From the NCBI GenBank assembly GCA_051294905.1, contig CM119372.1:25048001-25112000 (forward strand): a stretch of 64,000 bases of DNA, read 5' to 3'. The DNA is from Botryllus schlosseri. Taxonomy: Eukaryota. Below, piece by piece: positions 1 through 12,851 of this stretch (its first letter is position 1; each line of letters begins with the position of its first letter). The notes below the pieces were generated by a model. The model was not told the DNA's origin. It worked only from the letters and a program-made list of their open reading frames with translations, and searched no databases. Made by a program: the position numbers and the translations under genes.

Positions 1-545
1 CAAAATAACAAATGCACTTTTATAAATACACAGTTTAACTAACTAAGCTATCTCAACAAAACTTGACCTCGAAAGACTAGACATAGCCTGTTCCCGTCTG
101 TGCGAGCTTGACCAAGAGCCAAGTCATAGTTTCACTTTTAATTTACTCCGGGCACCGTCATGCTTGACTGGGGTTGATGAAGTTCTACCTTTCGAGCTAA
201 ATGTTGCAGCATGGATAACATTGAGATGCAGCTAATCCGTCACATAGCGTTGTGTCATGCAAATCAAAGAGAACAGAACCATACTAATAAGTTTAATAGC
301 ATGTTTATTTAATCACTCCTTTACATTTTGCGCGAAACTCGACAAAAGTTGAAGTAAGAGGTTACAATATCAAATTCCTACAAACACCTCAAAGCATCAT
401 ACTACATAAATTCTGCGTATTTAGGAAACAGTTTTGCATCTCATCCAAAAATACCATTCTTTACATGACATATTGTACAGTCGCAGCCTCCTGGTTCGTG
501 GCTAATATAATCAACTGAATAATGTAATCTCAATCTTCTTTCTAG

Positions 546-701
546 CGATGCATTCTACCCTGGACTCGAGGAACTGGACCGTTCCGAACATATAGAAAGC
601 GCCACAGTGTCTGGTGTGGCAAGACGCCCAGAATATGAAAGCTCGTATTATACCGACGACTTTCAACTGGTGCCAAAGTCGCCGATATCGTCAAAACACA
701 G
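546..701 (+). CDS. INVS: inversin-like exon (DAFYPGLEELDRSEH...PISSKHR)
   Basis: ttctttctag acceptor, open frame, GTCTGT donor, phase 2 matches the next exon. Confidence 0.6.
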
Positions 702-3700
702 GTCTGTGAACGGGACAAGCTTTCACCATCTCTCGTGAATATAACTCTACAGCATTGCTACTCAATTAAAAGTAGAAGAATCGCCATACCGTGCCATTAC
801 AAGATATGTAAAAACTCTGTTCAACAACCAATTTACTTATGAAACGAATTAAGTCATATTGGCCATGTGGTGTCACTGATCACGAATATCAACTTGAAAT
901 TTGATTCTTAGCTCTAGTGTGGGAGTAAAGGCACCGTCCCAAAATCGTTAAAGTATATATTCAATAAAAATTGAGTGAAAATTAGAATTAGGGACTTCAC
1001 ACTGCTTCAAATCTGCCACGATCTAGTCCAGTTGTTCCCAACCTTTTTCGACTCATCGCCCCCTTATCAAGCTCGACGCAAATTTTTGCCTCCTATATTT
1101 TCGGAAACGAAAAAGAGGACATTCTAAGGACATTTTATACAACCAACTTCTGATCGCTGGGATATTTACTAAAGAAAGGCCATTTTTCGACATGACTCCC
1201 GAAAGACCTGTCTCCACGTGTAGTCGGTGGGAGTTTACCGTTTTTTTCCGTCAACTTTCGAGGCAGATCCAGAACGAGTCGTTCTGACATTTTTGCCCCT
1301 TATCGCCCCCTTCGTACGCTTTTGCCCCTTGTTTCTCGAAATCGTCCACTGGGGGCGATATTGCCCACGTTTGGAACCACTGATCTAGGCTAAGGACATT
1401 TAAAATGTTTGATTTCGTTGGTGAGCTTGAGACAGATTTTTTGCTGTCCCTTTTGCTCTGGGAAACCCAATTTTAACCGGCTTCTCCCGAAGCAAGCAAC
1501 TTCTGAAAAATTGTTGAACGGTGGTTAACTTTTGAAATTGCATAATGCATCTATGCCTATAATGACGCTATAAATAGGTACAATCTTCGACAAAATATAA
1601 ATAGGGAAGTAGTCGAAGAACATAACCATTTGAGCAAGCAGGCAAGATCTAGTGGAGTAGTTTGATAAAGTAGAAATACCTCTGTAAATCTGTTTGAAGG
1701 GACGTCCTGGGACTTTCCGAATACATCGAGAGCTTGATGACAATGTCAAAGGAGAAGAGAAAGTTGCTGAGGGACCACCAGGATAAAAGAAGGAATGCTT
1801 TTCAAGCCGCCAACAACGCTGCTGCTGTAATACAGAGAGCTTGGGTCAGGTAAGGACCACACGCCCGGCAATGTTAGATTTTAACGTTTGTCAGTCAACT
1901 CGCATATAAAACAATATCTCTCCCTGTCAAGGAGCGAAAAAGTGTGACTTATTCGAATCCGATTTACACACATTCAATTATCCAACTTGAGGCAGGAACA
2001 ACAAGATAGCGTAATGGTGAAGCGTCCGGCTTCTTGATCGGTCGGTGGTGGGTTCAATCGCCGGCCGGGTCAGACCAAAGACCCGATTAGTAACGCTGGT
2101 ATCCATGACTTCCCCGCTTGGCGCTCAGCATTACCGGAATAGCATGGAGGGTTGGAGCAAGAATTAGAAAGCCTTACAATGTTATATATGTACCTTCCTT
2201 GTCCAGTATCATATGCACAACATGAACTCATGGTATGCATATATGCACAGATCGTGTGTATGTGTATCATGAGTTGGTGCATATGCTGCAAAAACATCAA
2301 AGACAAAAATACATAATGTCCTTTCCTTCCTTTATTTGAGTGGCATAACTGAAGAGTATTTCTGGGTTTAGCCAATAGTTTTAAATGGGAAGCTGTGTTA
2401 TCGGGTGAAAATGCATACATAAAACGTGAAGTCAATGTAATGTAATTACCCGAGTAAATAAATACGTTTATTGCATCATGTTCATTCATCTTGAAACGAT
2501 CTATCTTGAACGAAGCATCTGCTGAAATTTCAATAATTGTTTTTTCGATTTCTAACAGGGATATATAGAACTCCGGGATGGCTGACTGCGTCAATTGCGT
2601 CATCGCGGTATTACCTAAGTAGGTCCAGATTCGCGCATTCAGTTTTGATGCACGTTCTGGTCAGCCGCTTTATATGTGTTTAATTTTAAGTCTTTGAGAG
2701 CGGTAGAGGCATATAATATCCATGTTTATGTTCTTTATGTTCTTTTAGAAAGCTAGAGGTTAACCCAGGCTATGAGATGTTCAGGTAGTCTGAAACTTTC
2801 CGGTATTAGCCCTATCTCGTCAGCAGCAATTTACCGGTATACCGGTACGGTCATTTGGTCGCCTTCGGAAGATCTCTGCTTCTGTAGTATCTCATGTAAC
2901 ATGTTTTGCTGTGTTGATAATCGTGAGAAGATAACAGAATGTAGAAAAATTTCCAACGTTAACATTGATATCAGCAGTATAATTTTGATTACGCCTTGCA
3001 GTATGTTTTTCATTACTTATGTTATGCGATATAATGTATGTCACCATCCAAGGCTGTATACAGTGTACAGTGTATATTGTACTAGTACAAGTGTACATTT
3101 ACACTGTGCCGTTTCGATTATGAAGGCACCGTTAGGAGGGACTTCGTCTGTTAAAATCTTGTGCTATAGATTGATATGTGAATATGCAGGTTGTGCTGGT
3201 ATGGCAGACTTATTTCAGATAATCGCTGGATTATTCCTAGTAATAATTGGAGCCACCGAGTAGACTACCGGTATGCAAGATTCAAGAGGCATTTCAATTA
3301 AGGATAACCAAACATTTAATCTAATACAAACACAACACGCCAAGGTCGTTGCAGTTTTAAGTGTCCATAACAACTGTTATAACAACTGTTGAATCCAATC
3401 TTTGTTACAGATACTATTCATCAGTTACGTGTCTGATAAAACAAGGCAGGCATATGTTTGTTAATGAACGGCACTTTAATGCTACAATACTGGAATTATA
3501 CTTCAACAGAAGTGCACTGTTGTGAACTGCCAATGGCGGGCTCCCAGAATATGGCCACAGCATTTGTTGACCATTTGCTCTTACTGAAGCCTTGAAGATG
3601 CCCACTCCCTTGAATGGATAAGCCAACACAATCGTCAGGACAGGATAGGACCCTGAGATATGGCCTGTCTTTACCATATAAACACTTATAGCCTATAGGC

Positions 3701-6700
3701 TATAGGACTATACGATGAGGGAAGAGAATACTCGGAAGATTGCTTTCAATTTGCAAGGTTTCGTCAAATCGTCGCAATAAAGCATGGACCTCTCCTCAGT
3801 CGGCCTAAGGTAAGTTTGGCTGATTCTAGTGACACGGTATTAAATGAGGGATTTACATCAATCCTGATGTGGTTAAAGTAGTCAACATTGCTACTCAAGT
3901 AACAGTCGTATTCCCAGGGCGTACTGGTATTAAAACTTCCTCAAGTAGCAGTAGAAAGTGAAATGCCAGCAAGGTACTTAAGTTTGGAGATGGCTACTTG
4001 AAAATTGCGAGATGTATCTTCGAAAATAGGCAACAACTACATAAGTACTGCAATGAAGTAGAAGTTCTTCACTACTGACTACCTCTGCATACATCTATAT
4101 ATATTCTTAAGGCTAATTTGTGTCTCTAAATACATGATTTGTTCATTTTTGTTGCAGATTCCAGAAAAACAAATGCGATATTCCAGCATTTGCATCACGT
4201 CAACAGTGGATACCCTGATATATTATACTGGGCATATCCCATTGAAATCTTGGCAAATAGGGCCACAATCTGAATATTTGGATCTCGTGCCTCCTCACCG
4301 AGATGTTTTTTCAACATGGAATCATCTATCGCTCTATCGGAAAATCTGCAAGACAATGATACTGAATATTTCTTAACTGATAAATGGCATGAAATGTTTC
4401 AGAAGGCCCATTCGTGATGTACCGTTAAGCCAATGGTGGTAATTTCTTCACTGCGGTCGTGAAACTATTTCTAGGTGAACAAAATATCAGCTGAATTCAG
4501 CAACTGGGTCTACCGAATGCTTCTCAAATTCATAATAATATGTACCAAACTTCTACCCCCCGAGGCTACATTTGAACCTGAAGAGAAGTATCAATGGTTT
4601 GTTGATTTCTTGATCAACTTTCATTGAGTGACGTAGAAGATGACAATGTTGCTATCACAATTTCGAGTCCTTACAGGCCGTGCTATCTTTTTGTTATTGG
4701 AAATGCTCCATGGTACGGTTGCATTGTAAACAAACGGTGTTTTAAAACACTTTGTTTAGAACATGCTTTAAACAGTGTTTTAGACAAAGGTCCTTTGAAA
4801 AATAAAATTCTTTAAGTTGTAAAATTATGCCATAATTGTGTAAATACTTTCCAAAAAACATGTTGTATGAGCCTACGGACGATTACCACCCGATATAGCC
4901 GACTAATATGGATATGGGATGGCTAGAACCCTAAAAACAGTTGGTTCAACAGCAATAGTACAGATATTTCGTCAAAGGAGCTATGTTTAATCTATATTTT
5001 CAATTGTCAATGTCAATCCAATATGACGTCACAATTGAATATTCTTGGCGTCATGGCTTAAAAAAACAATAAAAGTATGTTTTATACAAGGGCCTCGTTT
5101 TAAACATGTTTGTTTTAAATGCAACCCTACTCCATGGTAATTTTGGATTAACGCGAATTGAAACGGTTGATTTAATCAATCCTACCCCCCTTCCCAGCTG
5201 CACGGTTTCCAACAATGGCTTGTAAATAGGTAGATGACGCTGATTTTATTCGTTATTCTCTCTGTTATTTATGGCGTGATGCCGATTATATGATGTGTAG
5301 AAATTAAACACATTCATGTTTTACTGAAGGTCAGAGTTGTCATACTTTACTTGGTTGGCTATACAGCAGTAAGGTTGAGATATGGGAAGAATGTCTAGCT
5401 TACTCACTGACTATTCTGCAAAAGGTCGATCATTATTCTAGAAACAGCTGTATCGCTAGCTTGCAGAAAAGTGGATATTTCGAGGTAGATTGCAGGTAAC
5501 TTTTTGGACCTACTTAGGTAAAGGCCAAAAAGAAGTCAGCCATCCCGGAGTTCTATACATCCCTGATTTCTAATTGCCTCTATTCTATTGCACTGTGAGG
5601 ATCAAGAGCATTTTTTTTAAAGAAATACATAAAGTCAAGCTTGAATGCGTGTTCAATTGCGCATTAATATCTGAAAAAGTATTTGCGAAATTAATGAACT
5701 CGTTGTTTCACGGTTCTGGTATTCCTTGGTATTTTGTATTGGTTTTGTACAAAACGCCATTGTTGGAAGTTGTAGTCCATCTATACTGGATGTTTCGCAT
5801 TTCTTAAAATGTACCATTTTCAGACATTTACGACGCACGAATCCGTCGCTTCATAAAAAGTTTTTACTCGCTCGGAAACGAGCCGTCAAGCAGAAAAAGC
5901 TTCTTTTAAACGAGGAAACTCCAAACAAACATCCCGATATCGAAGAGGGAACGGAACATAATCCTGACGATGACGAACGACGCAAATCTGTCGATCCTTC
6001 AATGCGGGAGAGACCTTTTTCAAAGCAATACGGAGAAGAAATGACGATACACTCTGAAACTGTACGGGCATCACTTGCATCCAGCGACTTGGCGTCCAAT
6101 TCATCTACTAGGAGAAGGTCGGTGTTGCAGCATGCTTCATTGTGATTTATCTAGTATTACCTTGTGCCTGCTCTGTAGGGTTGTTCAAAAATAACTTTTT
6201 TTACCGCATTCTGGGGATTCACTGATTAAAATTTTAGGTCGCCTAAAGAAACGCTGCACATCAAATTTGGCTCGATTCCAACTGGGAAATTTAAAGCTAC
6301 AGGAGTTTGAATATTTTGAATTTATTGTTAAATTTTTTTTTTCAAATTCTACTGTCAACCCCATTCATTTGTTAAATTGTCTAAAAGGACGATACCCAAC
6401 AATTATTGCTCACTTAAAACCAGCAGAAGCGAAGTTATTGCAGTTGAAAATTTTAGGTATGCAAAAATAGCATTGATGGTGGGTATTCCCAGCAATATTA
6501 ATGAAAAACTCAAATAACTTGCCTCAAATTTGTCCTGCATCGTCTTTGTAGACAACTCAACAAGTTCATGGGGGGAAAAGTAAAACTTGAAAAAAATTTT
6601 TTTTTTGTGCGTTCACATCTGCCTGTTAGAATCGAGCCAAATTTGGTTGCAGCTTTTTTAGGCAACCTAACAATTTAATCAGTGAAATCTGGGAAAAAGT

Positions 6701-7823
6701 TATTTATGAACAACCCTGCTGCTCTGTGATGTAGCTGGTATTACTGCAGATTGCATTTTGATGTAGCTGGTGTTACGGCACAATGCATTAGGTTATATCT
6801 CACTTTCAGCGTGAAACAAAGAAGGCCGAAGACGTCTTGCCATGGTTCAACTTTTATATCCCTAGAAAGACTGGAGGAACTCTCAAGAATATATGGTTTG
6901 TTCGATTTCTTGCCATGCTTCTCAATATTCATGCGTGTTGCACCAAACTATTACCCTTGCATTACCCCGCTGACATCGCAGGATAGCAATATACTCATTC
7001 TGCAAAGGTTGCTAGTAGCTTTGAGATGTTATCCGTAATCTGTCTAACGTTCCAGGAAATCCAAAAATGATGCGAGACTTGCTGTCAAACTCTGGCAGAT
7101 CGAATACCAGCCTGCCTTCCATCGTTTCGAGCTCGTGCAAATCCGCTCCGGAAGTTACAAGACCATTTACGGCAGCCGACTCCCCGCGGCAAGCGTTCGA
7201 GAAAAGCCTGAGAGGTGAGCACTCGCCATTGTCACATCTACAGCAGAGCACTTGACATTTGGTGAAGCATATTTGACGTTACGCCTATGCGGGAGTGCTT
7301 TATAATTTTTTAGAGTACAAATGTAGGTTTTGCCTTTTGCAATACGTGTTCTGTAATTTTGTTGTGACCTTGACTAATCTTGTCGATATTTAAATTAGTC
7401 GGAGATGACTGCTATTTGCAATCACATGTTGTTATTGCTTGTAGTAGTAAGTGAATTGTAAGTACTGTCACAATACCAGAGTTACAGTCATCAAGAATTA
7501 TATGCTACAAATGACCAGTATCGCACTGATTACTTCTTCTTTCACAGGAACCTCTGCATACGTACAGCCCGTCTCGAGTTTACAGTCTCCCAAGCCATGG
7601 GTCGGGCTGCCCAGTGTCTCTGCAAAATCGAGGTATCTGTCAGTTACTGTGTCGACCTGTAATAGTGGAGTGATTTCACATGAATTTTCCATTCAGAACC
7701 GGCAGTTCAATGGTGACGAAGCTATCACAAAAGTCTAAAAACAATCGTCCGAAGACAAATGTGGATTATCGTATGATGCCACTGCAGTGGCAAAAACTAT
7801 GTGAGTCGCCGCATCTGATATGA
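546..7823 (+). CDS. INVS: 3' part of an inversin-like (IQ motif) gene; spliced exons 546-701, 1700-1849, 5824-6117, 6810-6895, 7056-7214, 7548-7632, 7697-7823 (5' exons lie outside the window or were not resolved)
   Basis: All six junctions are GT-AG and phase-consistent. Translation includes AAAVIQRAWVRHLRR (IQ motif), LSRIYG and LLSNSGRSNTS. These match, in order, three segments of the human inversin C-terminus as I recall it (AAAVIQRAWRSY, LKQIYG, LLENSGRSKNFS). The ankyrin repeats are not in the window, so the name is homology-by-recall. The last exon may instead end at a GTGAGT donor at 7801. Confidence 0.65.
1029..1382. mobile_element. hAT (Charlie/Buster-like) MITE
   Basis: Termini cagttgttcccaac / gtttggaaccactg. 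8-bp TSD atctagtc (1021-1028) / atctaggc (1383-1390), 1 mismatch. Homologous to 45113-45441 in the opposite orientation. Confidence 0.85.
1700..1849 (+). CDS. INVS: inversin-like exon with IQ motif (DVLGLSEY...AAAVIQRAWVR)
   Basis: IQxxW motif, GTAAGG donor, phase-consistent on both sides. Confidence 0.75.
2001..2331 (+). mobile_element. tRNA-derived SINE, copy 1
   Basis: Pol III A box (tagcgtaatggt) and B box (ggttcaatcgcc) followed by about 270 nt of non-tRNA body; aligns along its whole length with 58745-59088. Confidence 0.85.
2556..5565. mobile_element. 3.0-kb non-autonomous DNA transposon (8-bp TSD, hAT-like) in an inversin-like intron
   Basis: TIR cagggat(a/g)tatagaactccgggatggctgact at both ends, plus inverted subterminal ttacctaagtaggtcca; perfect TSD atttctaa (2548-2555 and 5566-5573); no transposase ORF recognised inside. 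Confidence 0.9.
5824..6117 (+). CDS. INVS: inversin-like exon (HLRRTNPSLHKK...NSSTRR)
   Basis: attttcag acceptor, GTCGGT donor; lies within ORF 5726..6145. Confidence 0.65.
6176..6718. mobile_element. hAT-type MITE
   Basis: TIR tagggttgttc / gaacaaccctg; perfect TSD ctgctctg (6168-6175, 6719-6726); partial relatives at about 15420-15540 and 32430-32756. Confidence 0.9.
6810..6895 (+). CDS. INVS: inversin-like exon (VKQRRPKTS...LSRIYG)
   Basis: cactttcag acceptor, GTTTGT donor, bridges phase 2 to phase 1. Confidence 0.6.
7056..7214 (+). CDS. INVS: inversin-like exon (NPKMMRDLLSNSGRSNTS...EKSLR)
   Basis: gttccag acceptor, GTGAGC donor. Confidence 0.65.
7548..7632 (+). CDS. INVS: inversin-like exon (TSAYVQPVSS...SAKSR)
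   Basis: ttctttcacag acceptor, GTATCT donor, phase-consistent. Confidence 0.55.
7697..7823 (+). CDS. INVS: inversin-like candidate last exon (TGSSMVTKLSQ...PHLI*), or an internal exon ending at 7800
   Basis: ttccattcag acceptor after a 64-nt intron; in-frame TGA at 7821-7823; competing GTGAGT donor at 7801. Confidence 0.45.
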
Positions 7824-10718
7824 TATCTGATCTCATCATCTGATATCCAACAAAAAAGCCATGATGCGTTTGATAAATGCGCAATGTGCTGTGCATTGAG
7901 CAATCATAATATAGGCCTACTCCATACGACCTTTTTTCTCTTGGAAACCATTCGCTTTGCAATCGTTGGTAATTCTTCAGATACTTTGCAGAGTATTAGT
8001 CTCTTAAACCATAAATAACAAAATGTGATCGTGCACAGTGTTCTTTCATTCTTATAAATATTTAAAATACATAATTCCGCAATTTACTGAACTATTTTTT
8101 CAACCCATTGAGTTCCACCCACTGCATGACTCAGTTGTTATATTTTTTCGTGACGCTACAAAAAGAAAATATCGATTGATGCTACAAGTGCAAAAAGCAA
8201 AGGGTTGATCGCACCCTATCTACGATGATCAACTCGTATGATCACAGATTTGGTTGGCAGACTCCCTCTCAATACAGATATTGTAACGTTGAAATCCTGT
8301 TCTTTTTCAATAATAGCGACCAATGCCGCAAACCCCTGAAAGGTCTAACGATGTCATAATGATGACCGAGAAATTTCACCTAAATCTACCTATATGTTTG
8401 TTCAGTTAGATGATTAAATCTTTTCGTCCTTGTCCAGTATGAATTGTTTGGAATTTCGTTCAATACGAGTTGCATTGCAAAGCCCTTTTGCCTTTCTTGT
8501 CCGCGCTGCTGTCTGGGCCCAAATGTACCAGTTCTGTCTCATCAGATATAGATAACTCTTACCACTACATGGAACCGTGTGAACGTAAATCAAAAACTTA
8601 GCAGTTTCAGAATTAAGTTGTTTTATTATTAACAACTAAAGTAGCGTTACATGCTAATCGCCACCTTCAAAACTCGGCATAATTTATCAAATCACAAGTT
8701 CCGTTTTAGTTTGTTGAACTTCCTTTCCTGCCATCGTGATACAGTTGAAATCCACGAAATTTTGATGATTGCTGTTCAGATTCATTTGCAAACGCCAACC
8801 TCTGCATTATCAAGGGTCTCATCATCTCTATTTATAATGTCGTGGTATAAAATATTGTGACAATATTTACCACGCATTTGTTTTGTGACGATCATTTTGT
8901 TGGTTTTCAAAATCTGTAGGAGACGAAAATAACCATGTAATATCTTTTCTACAGATGGCGAACTGCAGAGTTCACACGCCGCCGATAGTAAACGTAGAAA
9001 TGCTGCCAGGTATTCATATAATGTAGGAGAAATTAGTTGAATCTAATTATTGCATCTGACTATTATTCCTGTTACACATCAAACGGTACAGTTTGTCTTA
9101 ATGCGTCTCACTGCTTCCGCAACGTTGCACTTGCCAAAGAAAGTTGTATTTTATTTTCCTGTTCTTCTTTTCCCACTGTGTATTGCGCCTTTTGATTTGA
9201 TTTTTTATAGTTTGGGATCGCCATCGCTTGTGTCACAACCACGAGAAATTGAGGTTGTGAATGAAAGGTGTAGCCTTCTGAATTTAAATTGCCACAGTTT
9301 AGTGTCTTTGATATCTTCTAATTATTCGACACTCTTATTAATGTTGAGAGCATGATAGTACAAGCGTGCTAACACCAAATCATGAGATATGGTTTAATAC
9401 GCACAACGTCCACATGTCCTTAATAGTTGTAAGGTATTGCTTCTTATCCGATTACTGAATTTTGTAGCACCATAGAATGGTATAGAAATATACACTGGTT
9501 AATATGTCTGTGTCTCACTGTCTCTGTATTTTGTTGAGAGGGCGTTTACACTTGGATAAAGTCGTTTCGTTTATGGAGTGATTTATGTAACTTATTGATG
9601 TTAATTACCACGAAAACTGGATTTGTACACGGAAATTCCAATGCTGAAGCATCCTAATTTATAATAAATTCTGGTTATACTGTGGATAGCCATAAAATTT
9701 AGGTTAGAGGCACGAGAGAAAAGAAAGGCGGTTTTAAGGCAAGTTTGACGCGGTCTAGCGTTTGTATACATGTGCTTTTGTGCACCTGCATCCGCAGTCC
9801 ATGCATTAACTTGAAGTGAAAATATTTGGTGACTTGAAATTGACTGCAACTCGGAAAATATGGGATGATTATAGTCAAAATTTGCAAGGACTCGGGACTG
9901 ACTAGCGGCTCAAACGCAGTCACTTCATCCAGACCATAATAGTTCCTTAGATATACTTAGTTATGGATCCCCAGCAAAAAGTTTTTTTAGTTTATGTAGT
10001 GTAGGCTACCCAAATTGTACAATTGGACCATGGTGCTCTAAATCAGTGGTTCGCAACCGCCAGTCCAGGGACCGGTGCAGGTCCGTGGCAAGTGTACTGC
10101 AGGTCCACCAGATATATTAGAATTTCATCTCAATATAAAGTTGGGTGCAGTTCGATTAACTAGAGAAATTAAACATTATATTTATGTAGAAGTGTGGAAT
10201 GTATTTTTGTATGGTGTTATAATAAAAAGTTCATGGTTTACTTATCCTACGTCACAGTGACAACTGTTATAAAAAAACTGCTTAGAAATAGCCCAAAACT
10301 CGTTTCGGACGAAGTTATATATGTGAAAGCTAGGGAAACTTTTTGAACTAACTTTGTTAAATTCCGACATTGCCAGTGAGAGTGAGCGACACTTGGTAAT
10401 ATAATAGCGGCTGTAACAAATAGCAAAGTCGCAATTATTTCAAATTACACCGAACAGTCACAATCAGTTTAGTGGTCTTTAACTGGACTTCACGATCTTC
10501 GCCTTGCAGAGACTTCAATGAAATCAAATATAAATATCTAGTAGCAAAAAGGCATCATTGAATAAAGTTCTCAATATTACATTTAGGTTTCATACATTTA
10601 TGATCATTAAATTAGAGTGAATTTTGGTGCTTGAAGGTTCACCATTTGTTTTGAAGGCAACTTTACAGCCATTTCTGTCCGGCTTGCCAAGTGCTAAATT
10701 TGACAAAACTGGTATCGG

Positions 10719-10960
10719 TGGAAAGCTGCTGCTATACTGATTACGAAAATATAAATTTCAATCTCGTCATGGCCCTGGAACCCCTAAAATCAGCTTCGAA
10801 TTGTGCATTGTGACAACAATTCTGTCTGGTTCTTTTGAGCTGCAGTCTCGTTTGCCAGACAGCATAGCTGCGACATAGTCGATATGCACAAAGTAGCCGG
10901 ACTCGGTTAGATACATATAAGGAATATTTCCAGGGTTAGGGCTATTTAGTCGCATGCGCA
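10719..10960. repeat. partial copy of the long-TIR element at 13418-13749
   Basis: shares tggaaagctgctgctata...gattacgaaaa...ggaacccc..aaaatcagc and ctcgttt(c)gccagacag. Confidence 0.7.
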
Positions 10961-12692
10961 AATGTCTGGTAATTCTCATAGCTACCTATTGTAGGACAGT
11001 GGTCGGAAACTTATGATCCACGAAAAGTTGATGCACTTTAGTAAGTAAAGGTTCATGATTGCACTGGTTACAAACCACTGATAGAAATGTAAAAAATTAT
11101 AATCTTCCATCGAAACATGCGTTACTGGCAGTGGCATATGCAGGGCTGTGTTACATGTCTGGACATGCCATCATTCCCGTATCGCAGCCCCCTCCTTTTA
11201 GAATCCAAAAGTAATTTGCTTTTCGTTCTTCTGAACACACTAGTGAAAACAATCAAGAGGTGTCGAGAACTACATCACCCTAACAACATTTTGGATGAAA
11301 GTCTTGCAGCAAGAAGAACGAAACCGCAAAACTAATAGCATGTTTCATCAAGTTTTAAAACTCCTAGATAATGAGTTTAGTAGCAGCAAAACAAGTAGAC
11401 GGCTAACATTGAATAACAAAACTTCTGTGTATGATCTACAATAAATTTTCAATGTTGAGAATTTGCAGTTCACTAAGACCTATCCGCAAAAATGATTTCA
11501 TTTCAAAATCGGTCCGCAGAGCAAAAAAGGTTGCTGAGCCCTGATGGAGAAGACATCAGTCAAGTCGAGTTATCGCGCCTTACTATTCCTATTGCACATG
11601 AAAAAATACAATCTTTTATCCTGTCCCACTGCTTCCACAGCGTTTCAATTGCCAAGGATAGTTGTATTTATCTTTTCAGTCCTTCTTTGACCACTGTTGA
11701 TCAGGCACTTTAATTCGATTTCTTATTTCTCGCCGTCCCTTCGTAAATACAGGCGCAGTAGGGCATGCATAGCATTAATACAATAAATTTGATTTGAAAT
11801 GGTATCCTGAAGCTCTATTCTGAATACAAGTGCCACAATTTATTTTGTATTTGGCAAATCGTGTGCTCGCAGCTTGCTATGCATTAGCTATTAATGTTAT
11901 GAGACTTTTGTAGCACCACAGAATGGTATCGAAATAAACACTTCTTCAGAGTACCATACCTTCTGTGTTGTAAAGTTGGCAGTTTTGATGAATTTGCTTA
12001 TTAGATAGCTGAACTTATAAAATCAGTTCACTATAGTTGAAGTGGAGTTATAGGCGCATCAGCTTGTCTGACATTGACCTTACTTCAATTATCGAGACAC
12101 TTTGGTATGGACAAGGAGCCGTTTTTTCATCGAGTTCCAAGTACTGGACCAAAATCAGGATGAAACGTCGTGGTTTGACGGTAAGTTGCTCAGTTGTAGA
12201 AGTTCAATATTGGGCTCAGGGAAATTCTTCCATACACATCAGATCATCAATAGGTGTGTTCCCCGTGACCATCGAAGTTATTCCCATGTTAATGAATTGA
12301 TCCAATTTGACAACTCCAGACCAGTTACGTTTGGAATATAGGGGTAAGGATATTCCAACGAACCCGTAGTGACAGCATATCAAGGTTAACCCCTAAATAG
12401 AACTCATCATGGGCCATGGCATAAGCCATAAGGTGTTGAATTGTAGGATTGGTGATCATGGAAAACGATCAGAATCTCATAAAGCGAACCCGTTTAGACG
12501 CCAGAAGCATAGATAGCATAATTGAGTTGAAGACTACATGTTTCGTAGAGCGTCAGAACACAAATGGTATACCTTGATCTGTCGGTATTGTGATCTCAAC
12601 TCTCTCTCTCTTTACACAATGATGGCGAATAATCCGGGAGCATAAAATTTATTTGATCAGTTACAGATCGGTTGTAGAAATCATAAACATTT

Positions 12693-12851
12693 TCATCCCC
12701 AGAGTATTGCCATCAGGCTTGGCTCTGGCATTCCGGGATCGCCGCCGTGCTTGAGTCCAAAGCCGATTATCATCGGTATCCAACCCAACTGGAATATTCT
12801 GCGACACGCTCCCCACAGTCCTCTGATCCTGCGCTTCGCAACCTCGTTCAT
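12693..12851 (-). CDS. TOMM7: mitochondrial import receptor subunit TOM7 (52 aa, uninterrupted CDS)
   Basis: MNEVAKRRIRGLWGACRRIFQLGWIPMIIGFGLKHGGDPGMPEPSLMAILWG carries the TOM7 pattern WGxIPxxIxxG..GxDPGMPEP...LLWG. ATG at 12851 (the ORF track start is an upstream TTG). AATAAA at 12653-12648 on the minus strand. Confidence 0.95.
   Translation of the reverse strand: MNEVAKRRIRGLWGACRRIFQLGWIPMIIGFGLKHGGDPGMPEPSLMAILWG

Noticed and set aside
48-124. Possible extra inversin-like exon (ISTKLDLERLDIACSRLCELDQEP)
   Set aside because: Weak acceptor, and the available donor is phase 1 whereas the next exon needs phase 2.
12037-12341. Overlapping plus-strand ORFs downstream of TOM7 (e.g. QDETSWFDGKLL)
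   Set aside because: No recognisable domain, no consistent splice chain, starts are non-ATG.
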